Assembly: GCA_029259115.1 (NCBI GenBank)
Contig: JAPDJO010000018.1
Coordinates: 1 to 64,000 of the forward strand
Reading direction: 5' to 3'
Length of the DNA stretch: 64,000 bases
Origin: Thermoplasmatota archaeon
GTDB lineage: Archaea; Thermoplasmatota; E2; DHVEG-1; B18-G2
In this document: piece by piece, positions 11,415-20,865 of the stretch
Position numbering within the stretch: the first letter of the stretch is position 1
How the letters are laid out: the number at the start of each line of letters is the position of its first letter
The notes under the pieces: model-generated
What the model saw: the letters and a program-made list of their open reading frames with translations, nothing else
Told to the model about the DNA's origin: nothing
The model's database searches: none
Position numbers and translations under genes: made by a program

Positions 11415-12582
11415 TGTATCTCTGAGTATATACAATCGAAAGATCTATTTTCCATGGGGAAATGATATCATAATCTACGATTCTACGTTGAGAGATGGCG
11501 AACAAATGCCTGGCGTAGCTTTTACTCCCGAGCAGAAGCTGGATATAGCAATATTGCTTGATGAGATTGGGATAAAAGAGATAGAGGCTGGTTTTCCAGC
11601 GATATCTGACAGAGAGGCAAAAACTGTAAAGATGATAGCCGAGCAGGGATTGAATGCGAGGATTTTGGCTCTATCGAGATTGAAGAGAGAGGATATCGAT
11701 GCTGCCATAAAGGCTGATGTCGATGTTATTTTATTGTTTATAGCATCATCACCATTGCATCTAAAATACAAGCTTAACTTGAGCATAGAAGAGGTTGAGA
11801 GGTTAATTGTAGATTCAATAGACTATGTCAAGGACCATGGAATTATTCCAAGCTTTAGTACGGAAGATAGTACAAGAACGTCTATAGACATCTTAAAGAG
11901 ATTTGTTAAGATAGCCGAAGAAACTGGTGCAAAAAGAGTTGGTTTTACAGATACCTTAGGTTGTGCAACTCCAGAGGCTATAGAATTTCTGTTTTCAGAG
12001 ATGTACAGATTTACTTCTTTGCCTATATCTGCTCATCTACATAACGACTTCGGATTGTCTCTAGCTAATGCGATTACAGCTTTAAGATCAGGAGCTAGAT
12101 ATGCATGCGCTACGGTTCATGGATGGGGAGAAAGAGCTGGAAATGTCCCTCTGGAACAGTTAGTTATGACTTTGCAGTATCTCTATGGCATAGATCTTCG
12201 GATAGATACAGAGAGGCTCAAAGAACTATCAGATTTAGTATCTAGATATGCTGGTATAGATGTTCCCAAAACCCAGCCTTTTGTCGGAGACAATGCATTT
12301 ACCCATGAATCTGGTATACATGTTGCTGCTGTTCTGAGAAATCCAAGAACCTACGAGCCTGTTGATCCTTCTATTGTTGGAAATAGAAGAAGAATAATCC
12401 TGGGTAAGCACAGTGGAAGGCATGTTGTTGAGACAAAGCTGAAAGAGTTAGGAATAGAGGTCAATGATGAAGAGCTGGATATAATAATGAACAAGGTAAA
12501 AGAGTTGGGAGAAAGAAAGGGAGAGGTAAAAGATGATGATCTGATCAAAATTATCTTTAAAGTGAGGAGATCTCATGAATAA
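11383..12582 (+). CDS. Homocitrate synthase-like (AksA/NifV/LeuA family) Claisen-type synthase without C-terminal regulatory domain
   Basis: DSTLRDGEQ, EAGFP, HLHND, GERAGN, HESGIH and GKHSG motifs; only 399 aa. Confidence 0.88.
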   Translation: MEEMNGISGDDVSLSIYNRKIYFPWGNDIIIYDSTLRDGEQMPGVAFTPEQKLDIAILLDEIGIKEIEAGFPAISDREAKTVKMIAEQGLNARILALSRLKREDIDAAIKADVDVILLFIASSPLHLKYKLNLSIEEVERLIVDSIDYVKDHGIIPSFSTEDSTRTSIDILKRFVKIAEETGAKRVGFTDTLGCATPEAIEFLFSEMYRFTSLPISAHLHNDFGLSLANAITALRSGARYACATVHGWGERAGNVPLEQLVMTLQYLYGIDLRIDTERLKELSDLVSRYAGIDVPKTQPFVGDNAFTHESGIHVAAVLRNPRTYEPVDPSIVGNRRRIILGKHSGRHVVETKLKELGIEVNDEELDIIMNKVKELGERKGEVKDDDLIKIIFKVRRSHE

Positions 12583-13453
12583 GATTTTCAAGGCTTACTA
12601 TGTCTGGCCAAGGTTTCCGTCTCTATCACTCTCTGGACCATTTTGCTCTCTGCACTGCAAACACTGTAACAGGGTTTACCTTAAGGATATGATCGACGTA
12701 TCTTCTCCAGAAAAGTTGATAGAAAAATGTAGAGAGGTAAAAGAGAAAGGAGCCATTGGTGTTTTGCTGAGTGGAGGTTGTACAAAAAAAGGAGAAATTA
12801 TCAACTTGAGAAGGTTTCTTCCAACGATAGGAAAAATAAAGGAAGAAACCGGTTTGATCATAAAGTTGCATACAGGCATAGTTGATAGAGAGTTAGCTGA
12901 GATGATTGCAAGCGCTGATATTGACATTGCATCCGTCGAAGTCGTTGGATCAAATAATGCGATAAGAAATGTTTTCGGTTTGGATCTTAAGGTAGAGGAT
13001 TACAAAAGAACTTTAGAGAATTTGAGAGATGCTGGGGTTAAACACATTGTTCCGCATGTTTGCATAGGGCTGAATGCTGGAAGATTAGATGGAGAGTTTA
13101 GAGCTATAGACATTGTAAAAGAGAGTGTAAAGCCTTCTGTTTTTGTCTTGATAGCCTTGAAGCCTACAAAAGGAACAGAATTCGAAAATGTAAAAATTCC
13201 TAGTCCCGAAGATGTTTACAAGGTTGTAAGATATGCAAAGGAGAGCTTTCCAGATGTTGATATTTCTTTAGGTTGTATGAGACCTAGGGCAGAAGGTAGA
13301 GTTGAGATAGAAAGATCTGCTCTTCTAGCGGGAGCTACCAGGATGGAGATTCCGTCAAAGGAAACTTTGAGATTAGCTGAAAAATTAGGATATAAAATAA
13401 AAAGGATAGAGGCTTGCTGCGCGTTGCCTAAGGAATATGAAAGTCTCATTTGA
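12575..13453 (+). CDS. Radical SAM protein, archaeal lipoyl synthase LipS1-like (COG1856)
   Basis: CSLHCKHC plus GCMR and a C-terminal CC motif; in the same operon as lplA. Confidence 0.8.
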   Translation: MNKIFKAYYVWPRFPSLSLSGPFCSLHCKHCNRVYLKDMIDVSSPEKLIEKCREVKEKGAIGVLLSGGCTKKGEIINLRRFLPTIGKIKEETGLIIKLHTGIVDRELAEMIASADIDIASVEVVGSNNAIRNVFGLDLKVEDYKRTLENLRDAGVKHIVPHVCIGLNAGRLDGEFRAIDIVKESVKPSVFVLIALKPTKGTEFENVKIPSPEDVYKVVRYAKESFPDVDISLGCMRPRAEGRVEIERSALLAGATRMEIPSKETLRLAEKLGYKIKRIEACCALPKEYESLI

Positions 13454-13797
13454 GATTGGTTTTATTCAAGATGCTTGTTAACATTCTTTTTAGGCGAGGG
13501 AGATCCTTTATTGCTGTATCCCACACAGCACCTAGATCTGCACCAAAATAACCATGTATTAGCTTATCTCTCATACCAGCTATGCTTCGCCAAGGTATAT
13601 CAAGATACTTCTTTCTGAAATCTGCGGAGACATTCTTAGCTGCCTTCACCGATAATCTCAATCTCTCTTATAACAGCATCTTGAAGCATACGATTGTTTT
13701 TGAAATCTTTATAATCCTTATTTTGCAGATAACTTTCAATAAGATTAATTGCATCCAGCATATGCCTTATAAATTATAGTATATCGTCTTTCTTCAA
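13446..13797 (-). pseudogene. hepT: HepT (DUF86/HEPN) RNase toxin pseudogene
   Basis: TTG start overlaps the mntA stop. In-frame TAA at codon 8 (MKKDDIL*FIRH) and a +1 frameshift in EIIGE-AAKN. RDKLIHGY is retained. Confidence 0.85.
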
Positions 13798-14096
13798 CTA
13801 AATATCACCTTGGCTTCCTTTTTTATTCTATTTATAAGGTACGGGCTGATCGCCTCTCTTGTTAGTAGATCGATTTTTTTGCCGAGCTTTTCCTCTAATT
13901 CCTGCTCTATATCTACAAGCTCAAGCAGACTTTTTCTTTCTTTAAATTCAACGATTACGTCTATATCGCTCTTTGTGGTTGCATCACCCCGAGCAAGTGA
14001 TCCAAATATTTCTATCCTCTTTGCTCCATGTTTTCTAAGAATATCAACCAAATCTCTTATCATTTCATCTGTGACTCTTTTTGACTTCCTACTCAT
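13794..14096 (-). CDS. mntA: Minimal nucleotidyltransferase antitoxin (MNT)
   Basis: IFGSLARGD....SDIDV motif in a 100 aa protein. Confidence 0.92.
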   Translation of the reverse strand: MSRKSKRVTDEMIRDLVDILRKHGAKRIEIFGSLARGDATTKSDIDVIVEFKERKSLLELVDIEQELEEKLGKKIDLLTREAISPYLINRIKKEAKVIFS

Positions 14097-14266
14097 GGCC
14101 GGGAAATCTAAAAGCGACTACACTATTATAACTTTCGATAGATAAGCTCCTATATCTCAGAAGGTTTGTCATGTGAAGTCACTTCGATCAAAAACATATT
14201 CTATTTTTAATTTAAACCAAAAAATTAAAATTATAGGTAAAGTAATTTATTTATTGAAGGAGTTGG

Positions 14267-14857
14267 ATGAACTTGGAGGTAGAGTTGTCATCATCTCTTG
14301 GAAACTTTGTACCTTTTTTCCTTTTATCCTATACTCTGTTAGGTGCGGGATTGAAATATATAGATGCTGCATTTGATGAAAAAACCTTGAGCATAAGGAA
14401 TGCCATAATGATATCCCCTCTCATTGGTGTTCTGTGGATCTTCACTATGATCGTGGACGAACCTTCAAGCGTTCTATTGTCCTCGATTATCCTAGGGGTA
14501 CTGCTCAGAGGGAAAATAGATAATATTGCTCATTCGATCGGTCTCTTTATTATAGTTTTTGTGGCCCTCGTGGTGGGTCTCAAGGTTAATTTCCTGTTGC
14601 TGCTATTTCTGACTGCTTGCGCGTATATGGACGAGGTCGGAAATGATATAATCGATGGGATGAGAAAGAAAGATAGATTCAGGGATATTTTCCTGAGATA
14701 TTTCTTTGGAAGAAGATGGTTGCTTAAGGTAGCTGTGCTTTATCTTGCTCTGCTTAACTTGTTTCCGATGTACTCTTTGGTTGCGTTGATACTATTTGAT
14801 GAAAGTTATCTTCTTATGGATGAATACAGTAGATCCAAACTTAGGAGAAAAAGGTGA
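14267..14857 (+). CDS. Integral membrane protein with acidic motifs
   Basis: About 6 TM segments with KYIDAAFDE, KIDNIAH and DEVGND. Confidence 0.75.
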   Translation: MNLEVELSSSLGNFVPFFLLSYTLLGAGLKYIDAAFDEKTLSIRNAIMISPLIGVLWIFTMIVDEPSSVLLSSIILGVLLRGKIDNIAHSIGLFIIVFVALVVGLKVNFLLLLFLTACAYMDEVGNDIIDGMRKKDRFRDIFLRYFFGRRWLLKVAVLYLALLNLFPMYSLVALILFDESYLLMDEYSRSKLRRKR

Positions 14858-14893
14858 AGTTATTTATTTCTCTAAACATTTCCAAGTCCTAGA

Positions 14894-15964
14894 ATGACTA
14901 TAGAGTGTGATGTCCTAGTAGTCGGAGGAGGGCCAGCAGGGCTATCTGCTGCATTAACTTTGGTGAAAAAAGGAGATTCGTCCGTTATCGTCCTCGAGAA
15001 AAAGAATTCTTGTGGATCGACGAGACCTAGATACGATATAACCGAGGCAGATAAAGAAACGAAGAGAATTTTTGAAACCCTAGGTCTTAACCCGTTAAAA
15101 AGAACCCGTACATCAGAGTGGTTCTTTCCAGATAAAGAATTTATGATGGAGTCTGAAGTAGAAGATTTTTATTTCCTAAGAGGAAATAAAACTGGCTCTA
15201 TAGAAAACTTTCTTACGAGAAATCTTGAAGCATCTGGTGTTAAAATTCTGAGTAAAGTTGAGATTAAGAGGATTAAAATGATGGATAAAAAAATTGAGAA
15301 AATACAAGTTTCATATAATGGCACAAACACAGAGATAAAACCGTCTTTTGTCGTAGCCTCTGACGGGACCTTCTCTCTGTTAAGGGAAAAATTGAATGTT
15401 AAGAAGAAAATCTTAGCAAGATTCAAAGGTGTAGGAATTTTGATGGAAGCGAAAGGAGAGAATGCTATACCAAACTCTAGAGTATATTTTGATTCCAATA
15501 TAGCTCCGGGAGGATACATATACGTTGGATCTGTCAAGAGGGATGTGTTTTTCTGCCTTGTAGTAGACTACGACTTAATCAAAGAAAAGAAAAACCGACT
15601 GGTCAGCAATTTAGAATTGTTTTTAGATTGTGAATATAAAAAACTTTTAGATAGATGGAAATTCAAAAACTATTTTGGAGGTGTAGGTATATCTGGTACC
15701 CTAGAAGTTATACATGGGAACATTGTACTCACCGGTGGTGCTGCTCTACTTCACGATCCTCTCCTTGGCTATGGGTTGAATTATGCTATTCAATCTGGAT
15801 ATTACGCTGGACTAGGCATATGTAATGGGGATCTTGGTATATACGACAATTTTGTTAAACAGATCAGCGAGGATTTTAAAGAAAAATACTTTCTAAGAGA
15901 TGCATTGAAAAAAAAGGGTAATGGCTCTCTTGACATATTGGTAGAATATCTAAAACAACAGTGA
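14894..15964 (+). CDS. Geranylgeranyl reductase-family FAD oxidoreductase (divergent)
   Basis: VVGGGPAG, ASDG, APGGY and GGAA...PLLGYG motifs. Confidence 0.85.
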   Translation: MTIECDVLVVGGGPAGLSAALTLVKKGDSSVIVLEKKNSCGSTRPRYDITEADKETKRIFETLGLNPLKRTRTSEWFFPDKEFMMESEVEDFYFLRGNKTGSIENFLTRNLEASGVKILSKVEIKRIKMMDKKIEKIQVSYNGTNTEIKPSFVVASDGTFSLLREKLNVKKKILARFKGVGILMEAKGENAIPNSRVYFDSNIAPGGYIYVGSVKRDVFFCLVVDYDLIKEKKNRLVSNLELFLDCEYKKLLDRWKFKNYFGGVGISGTLEVIHGNIVLTGGAALLHDPLLGYGLNYAIQSGYYAGLGICNGDLGIYDNFVKQISEDFKEKYFLRDALKKKGNGSLDILVEYLKQQ

Positions 15965-16040
15965 TATACTTGATCATAAATAGAAAAATACTCAAAGTCT
16001 TAGAGTATATAGCTTTTCAAAAAATTGAAAAGGTTGGAGT

Positions 16041-17210
16041 GTGATGAGATCCCTATCTTGCGATGTTCTGATCATAGGTGCTGGTCCTGCTGGTAGTTCT
16101 GCAGCATTATCATCTGCAAAAGAAGGATTAGATGTGATTATTGTTGATAAGAAAGATTTACCATCAAAAACTGCCTGTGCTGAGACCATAAGCAAGGGTT
16201 TTTTCCGATATTTACCTTTTAAGATACCTGATAGACTATTAAAGCATAGGCTAAGAGGGATTAAATTTTATTATGAAGAATTCTTTGTAAAAAGAGACAA
16301 AGGTATATGGTGGAAATCTTTTACGATAGATAGGAGGGAATTTGATCCCTTCGTACTTAACTTAGCTATAGATGAAGGTGCCACATTCTTGGCATCAACC
16401 GAGTTTGTGGATCTCCGGTACTCCAGTGGTTACATAGTGAATAAAGTTCTACTACGAGATAACAAAAATAATGAACTTACCATTTATCCAAAGATCTTTA
16501 TAGCTGCAGACGGTGCTCAATCCAGCGTATTGAATGCTATGAATCTATCAAAAAATAGGGCATACTCTATCGGCTACATTAAGAGTCATGAATTTCACAA
16601 TTTAGACTTATCAGATTATGAATATGGTCATGTATACTTTGGCGAGTTTGCAGATGGTGCATATGGATATATTTTCCCAAAATCTAGAAATGTAGCAAAT
16701 ATCGGTGTTGCGAGTCTAACGGATAAGGAACTTGATAAAAGATATAAAGAATTTTTGCATATGATCAATAGAGAGATAGGAAATGGTACAAAAAAGATAG
16801 ATAGAAGTGGGATAGCCCCCATTATGGGTTTATCTGAGGATATTGCTTATGGAAATACATTGTTAGTAGGTGACGCTGCAAATCAGAATCTTAAACCCTT
16901 CGTTGAAGGGATACTTCCAGGAATAATCTGCGGATCGATAGCCGGTCAAGTAGCCGCACAATGCCTCAACGATATCAGGAACATCCGAAGATTCTACAAG
17001 GAATTAATAAAAAAGAAAATAGGAAAATTTTTCAAGGAATCTGATGCATTGAGCGATATCTTGGTAAATATATATGATAAAAGATATCGATCGAGATTCC
17101 TTATAGAATTAGCCACGTTTTCATATACTTTAGAATACGGAGAGTTGCAGAAACTCTTGAGACTCAATGAAGAAGATATTGAAACGCTTCTCAAAGAAAA
17201 ATTAGCATAA
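16041..17210 (+). CDS. Geranylgeranyl reductase-family FAD oxidoreductase
   Basis: IGAGPAG, CAE, DRREFD, AADG, YGYIFP and VGDAA...PFVEG motifs. Confidence 0.88.
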   Translation: MMRSLSCDVLIIGAGPAGSSAALSSAKEGLDVIIVDKKDLPSKTACAETISKGFFRYLPFKIPDRLLKHRLRGIKFYYEEFFVKRDKGIWWKSFTIDRREFDPFVLNLAIDEGATFLASTEFVDLRYSSGYIVNKVLLRDNKNNELTIYPKIFIAADGAQSSVLNAMNLSKNRAYSIGYIKSHEFHNLDLSDYEYGHVYFGEFADGAYGYIFPKSRNVANIGVASLTDKELDKRYKEFLHMINREIGNGTKKIDRSGIAPIMGLSEDIAYGNTLLVGDAANQNLKPFVEGILPGIICGSIAGQVAAQCLNDIRNIRRFYKELIKKKIGKFFKESDALSDILVNIYDKRYRSRFLIELATFSYTLEYGELQKLLRLNEEDIETLLKEKLA

Positions 17211-17219
17211 TGATGCATT

Positions 17220-18470
17220 TTAAAAACTCATCAGATTAACACTTTCATATAGATGGTGAGGTATTCCATCTTCCAGTATTAAGCTTTCCCCACCACCGAA
17301 TAAGATTAAATAGTCGCTATGTGTCTCGTCTACCATATTCTTTATCTCGTATATTCTATTGCCAAGAGTTTCGATATAAGTTTCACACATTACCCCATAT
17401 ACGAGCTTGGCTTCCTTTGAGAATATTTTTTGAATTTCGGAAAGGATTCGGTCAGCTGTTAGACTATAAAGTTCTAGCTCGTTAGATTCCAATCTATTTG
17501 CAAAATAGACGTGACTACCCAAAATTAACCCAAGCATATATGCGTGTATTTTACCTTCCTTTAACGACCCAAATGGATAATAGAAAGCTTGTGTGTAAAA
17601 CTTTTCTACCTCTCGTACAGATTTTTCGTCCCAGCCCAAAAGTCTATATAGCTCCTGAGTTGCTTCTTTACCATTAATGCGGGTAACTGTCCGTCGATCC
17701 TTTTTAGTGGAAACATTCACCTTAATACCTCTAGGTACTAGGGCTGAAGTTGAAAGAAATTCGGGCTTCAGTTGTGTAGAGACTCCTGCCAATAAGAGGG
17801 TGTTTTTCATCACCTCTTTTCCAAAAAATTGGTAGTTTTTCATTAGCTTTCCATCATCCATAGAGACCACACCAATCAGAGGTTTGTCGATTTGTGTTGA
17901 AATATGTTCTAGAATTTCATCCGCTCTATCAGTACCCATATTAGATTTCCACAAAGTAGGCAGAGCTTTTTCCATGACTCTTCCCATCGTTTTGGTTTTT
18001 ATAACAGTCTGTCTTCCTACACCTGGAAATGACGGAATGATTGGACCGGATACTATCTCTATATAAAACTCCACATTCTCTAGCGATTTTTGGCTTTTCA
18101 ACATATCGATGCACTCTTTAACTGCTTTTTGAGGATTTCTTTTGGTGTTACGACCTATGCCAGTTGATACCACCATGTCTGGATAGTGTATAGCTAATCC
18201 AGTAACACCTCTCGTAAAGCATCCATAATTATTCATAAATCCAGCCACAGTTCCTCCAATCAGAGGTGTTCCATCTGGTAAAACTTCCCAGACTCCGTTG
18301 AGGAGTTCTTGAAAACCTCCATAATTTTCGTAATGGATTGTTGAAAATAACAAGAAGAATTTTGGCTTCTCGCCATCGAGTTTTTCTAAAGCAGTCTCAG
18401 CCACCTCTCTACCAGCCTCTCTCGCATCCCATTTTCTTGATAGTCCAACTCCAGCTTTTAATTCGCTCAT
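17220..18470 (-). CDS. FIST N/C-domain signal transduction protein
   Basis: GVGLS...AREAGREVA, FFLLFST..Y, PLIGGTVAG, then INGKEA...YPFG, C-terminal CE and GGE. Confidence 0.82.
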   Translation of the reverse strand: MSELKAGVGLSRKWDAREAGREVAETALEKLDGEKPKFFLLFSTIHYENYGGFQELLNGVWEVLPDGTPLIGGTVAGFMNNYGCFTRGVTGLAIHYPDMVVSTGIGRNTKRNPQKAVKECIDMLKSQKSLENVEFYIEIVSGPIIPSFPGVGRQTVIKTKTMGRVMEKALPTLWKSNMGTDRADEILEHISTQIDKPLIGVVSMDDGKLMKNYQFFGKEVMKNTLLLAGVSTQLKPEFLSTSALVPRGIKVNVSTKKDRRTVTRINGKEATQELYRLLGWDEKSVREVEKFYTQAFYYPFGSLKEGKIHAYMLGLILGSHVYFANRLESNELELYSLTADRILSEIQKIFSKEAKLVYGVMCETYIETLGNRIYEIKNMVDETHSDYLILFGGGESLILEDGIPHHLYESVNLMSF

Positions 18471-18844
18471 TTCTTACCTTCTAAGATCTCAACTATTCTT
18501 CTCCTCGCATTTTCCATCTCTACCTCAATCAATCCCTTGTTTGCCAAGGATGGGATGATTGCTACGAGAGCATTGTCTGTATTTGGAATAACAAAGAAAA
18601 GAACAGAGTGATTCTTCAACCTGAATTCCATAACATCCAGACCAACACTTGCATACTCCTCTATAACTGCGAAGACATTTTTCATAGCAACAGATACTAT
18701 ATCCCAAACATCCATAATTTTGGGGTTGAATTTGGAAGTATCCGGCATTACACTAACCATATTTTTCCTTGCAACCATACAAGCGTAGATATCATCTAAT
18801 TTAAGCAAATCCTCCAGTACCTCAAGTATAGGATCATCGTTCAC
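18467..18844 (-). CDS. Roadblock/LC7 (MglB/profilin-like) small protein
   Basis: 125 aa with helix-beta-beta-helix-beta-beta-beta-helix pattern and ANKGLIEVEM end; translationally coupled to both neighbours. Confidence 0.65.
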   Translation of the reverse strand: MNDDPILEVLEDLLKLDDIYACMVARKNMVSVMPDTSKFNPKIMDVWDIVSVAMKNVFAVIEEYASVGLDVMEFRLKNHSVLFFVIPNTDNALVAIIPSLANKGLIEVEMENARRRIVEILEGKK

Positions 18845-19626
18845 TTGATCTCAATCCCCCTCTCGGTTATTGTTATATCAACAGGTCTAAGAGAATGTTT
18901 TGTTCCCCTCATCTTCCAGATTGTGAGCTTTCTTCTATCCATCATCGGATCGATGGCTAAGAGTATGACTCCATCCGCAAGAAATTCGGATATGGTATCT
19001 CTGGATAATCCAGATCCACCTTCTGTAAGTTCAGATGTGACCATAGACGTAGCATTCACGCTGTGCAGAAAGTCAAATATCTTTCTGATATGGTATCTTA
19101 TAACTGGTCTGGAATCTGATGGATAAGAACTTAGTTTCTCTATAACTGGAACCTTTTCAAATTCCACGGATCTACCGAGTACTAGTGGGGTATCTGCGAA
19201 TGGAGATAGGGAGTCAAGAACTATCCTGTCAAAATCTCCAGTTAAGACTAGATCACCCATCTCGTGGTATGCCCCAGATCTTTCAAGGTCTATGTGAGAC
19301 AATTTGAGTAGACCTTTTTCTATGGCTGGCAAGAAGTTAAATCCAGCAGCATTTGCATGTATTAGTAAACTCTCTATCTTTTGGTCAACAGATATATACA
19401 AGCATCTTTCACCATTTTTTATACCAGCATTTATGAAATGAAAACAGAGTATACTTTTTCCAGATCCCGGAGGACCGGATACAAGGGTTACACTATTCTT
19501 GGGCAAGCCACCTTGAAGGAGCTCGTCCAATTTTGGTATGCCAGTGGATACTCTCTCTATAGTCAGATCTTTTTTCTCTACAGCTCTCTCTATATAGTAA
19601 AATGATCTGTCATTCATCATGTGCAT
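18841..19626 (-). CDS. KaiC-like (RAD55/aRadC) single-domain ATPase
   Basis: STGIPKLDELL.GG, GPPGSGKS, IVLDSL, EFLADG and KMRGTKH motifs. Confidence 0.9.
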   Translation of the reverse strand: MHMMNDRSFYYIERAVEKKDLTIERVSTGIPKLDELLQGGLPKNSVTLVSGPPGSGKSILCFHFINAGIKNGERCLYISVDQKIESLLIHANAAGFNFLPAIEKGLLKLSHIDLERSGAYHEMGDLVLTGDFDRIVLDSLSPFADTPLVLGRSVEFEKVPVIEKLSSYPSDSRPVIRYHIRKIFDFLHSVNATSMVTSELTEGGSGLSRDTISEFLADGVILLAIDPMMDRRKLTIWKMRGTKHSLRPVDITITERGIEIK

Positions 19627-19675
19627 CCCATCCTCGGCAAATTATAAAACGTGAAGCAATTATAAAAGTTTATCG

Positions 19676-20809
19676 CTATACACCTATAGCAACTCTCAAC
19701 AAATCCCTTAAACCTGGAGAGAATCCCAGTATAAAGATCGCTATCTTGAGGAGATTTAGCAAGCTGGAATAACTTTTCTCTTTTTTTGAAACATCTTCGA
19801 ATATCAGAATTATGAGAACTATCAATATCACTTTAACAATTGGAAAAAGAACTCCAGACGATATATCCATAAAGAGGAAAGAAACGGGGTGCTTTTCTCC
19901 ATACGAAGGGATCCCCATATTGAACGGATCATATATAGATATGTAGCTGGTAAATCCATCCAAAGAATGACCAAACAGCATAGCTAGATTCAAAGGTTTT
20001 GAAAAGAATTCCAGTTTCTTGATGTATTTACTGAGCAGATAAGCTATTGCGGTGATTGTTATTGGAAAAGATATGCAAACTAGAAGTACATCTATTCTGA
20101 AGATTTTATCATATGAAGCATAGCCAAATGAAATCAGACCTGATGCACATAGTGTCAAACCTATAGAGAATGTTATAGTTAGAATGGATAGATCTTTCTT
20201 GAAATAGAGAGAAGTAAAAACTATTGCAACTAGAGTTGCGAAGATTATGGGGTTTACAGGATTAACAATTAGATTTCTAAATGCAAACCAGAAAAGCGTG
20301 TAAAGTAAAATTAAGATAAATGCGTAAATAATTAGGAGGGATTTCTTCTTCCTATTTTCGAAAATCCAGCCAAGAATTATGGATACCAGAGCATAAGCAG
20401 CTACCTGAACATATATCAAAGGAGATATAAACCAGAAAGATAGAGGTATCTTAAAATATCCAGCATCTTCGAGTACTCTAGATACAGACCCAAATATGAT
20501 GAATGGAAAAAGGGATTTGCATAGATTCCAGTTAATATCTATGTTCAATTTCTTAAGGAGTCTATAGATGTAATAGAGGGAGAGCAGAGCTATGATACCA
20601 TATGTTATCTCAGATACTATGGTATAGCCTTCATGAGCGACTACACCATGATACTCAACCTCTCTACCCAAAGCATCCGCAACAACTGGACCCCAGTAAT
20701 ATTTCCATATCCATCTATCATAAACTATTGATGGAAAGAAGATGTATCCTACCATTACAGAGAAAAAGAAAATTACCAAGGCTAAGAGAATTAAATGATC
20801 TCTCCTCAT
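19676..20809 (-). CDS. DUF63-family archaeal membrane protein
   Basis: KYYWGPVVADA, GYT, RVLED, FISP, HSLDG, EKH and LGFSPGLRD motifs. Confidence 0.85.
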   Translation of the reverse strand: MRRDHLILLALVIFFFSVMVGYIFFPSIVYDRWIWKYYWGPVVADALGREVEYHGVVAHEGYTIVSEITYGIIALLSLYYIYRLLKKLNIDINWNLCKSLFPFIIFGSVSRVLEDAGYFKIPLSFWFISPLIYVQVAAYALVSIILGWIFENRKKKSLLIIYAFILILLYTLFWFAFRNLIVNPVNPIIFATLVAIVFTSLYFKKDLSILTITFSIGLTLCASGLISFGYASYDKIFRIDVLLVCISFPITITAIAYLLSKYIKKLEFFSKPLNLAMLFGHSLDGFTSYISIYDPFNMGIPSYGEKHPVSFLFMDISSGVLFPIVKVILIVLIILIFEDVSKKEKSYSSLLNLLKIAIFILGFSPGLRDLLRVAIGV

Positions 20810-20865
20810 TCTTCAACTCGAAGGCAAAAATAATATATTAATCTCTCGTTTACCGCTAGCTGATT

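Noticed and set aside
13770-13780. Recoding (Sec/Pyl readthrough) in hepT
   Set aside because: The stop is TAA and there is a second independent frameshift, so pseudogene is the simpler reading.
14176-14186. Short GAAGT-C-ACTTC palindrome near the mntA promoter region
   Set aside because: 5-bp arms are expected by chance.
18841-19626. True circadian KaiABC clock
   Set aside because: Both KaiC-like proteins are single-domain and no kaiA or kaiB is present.
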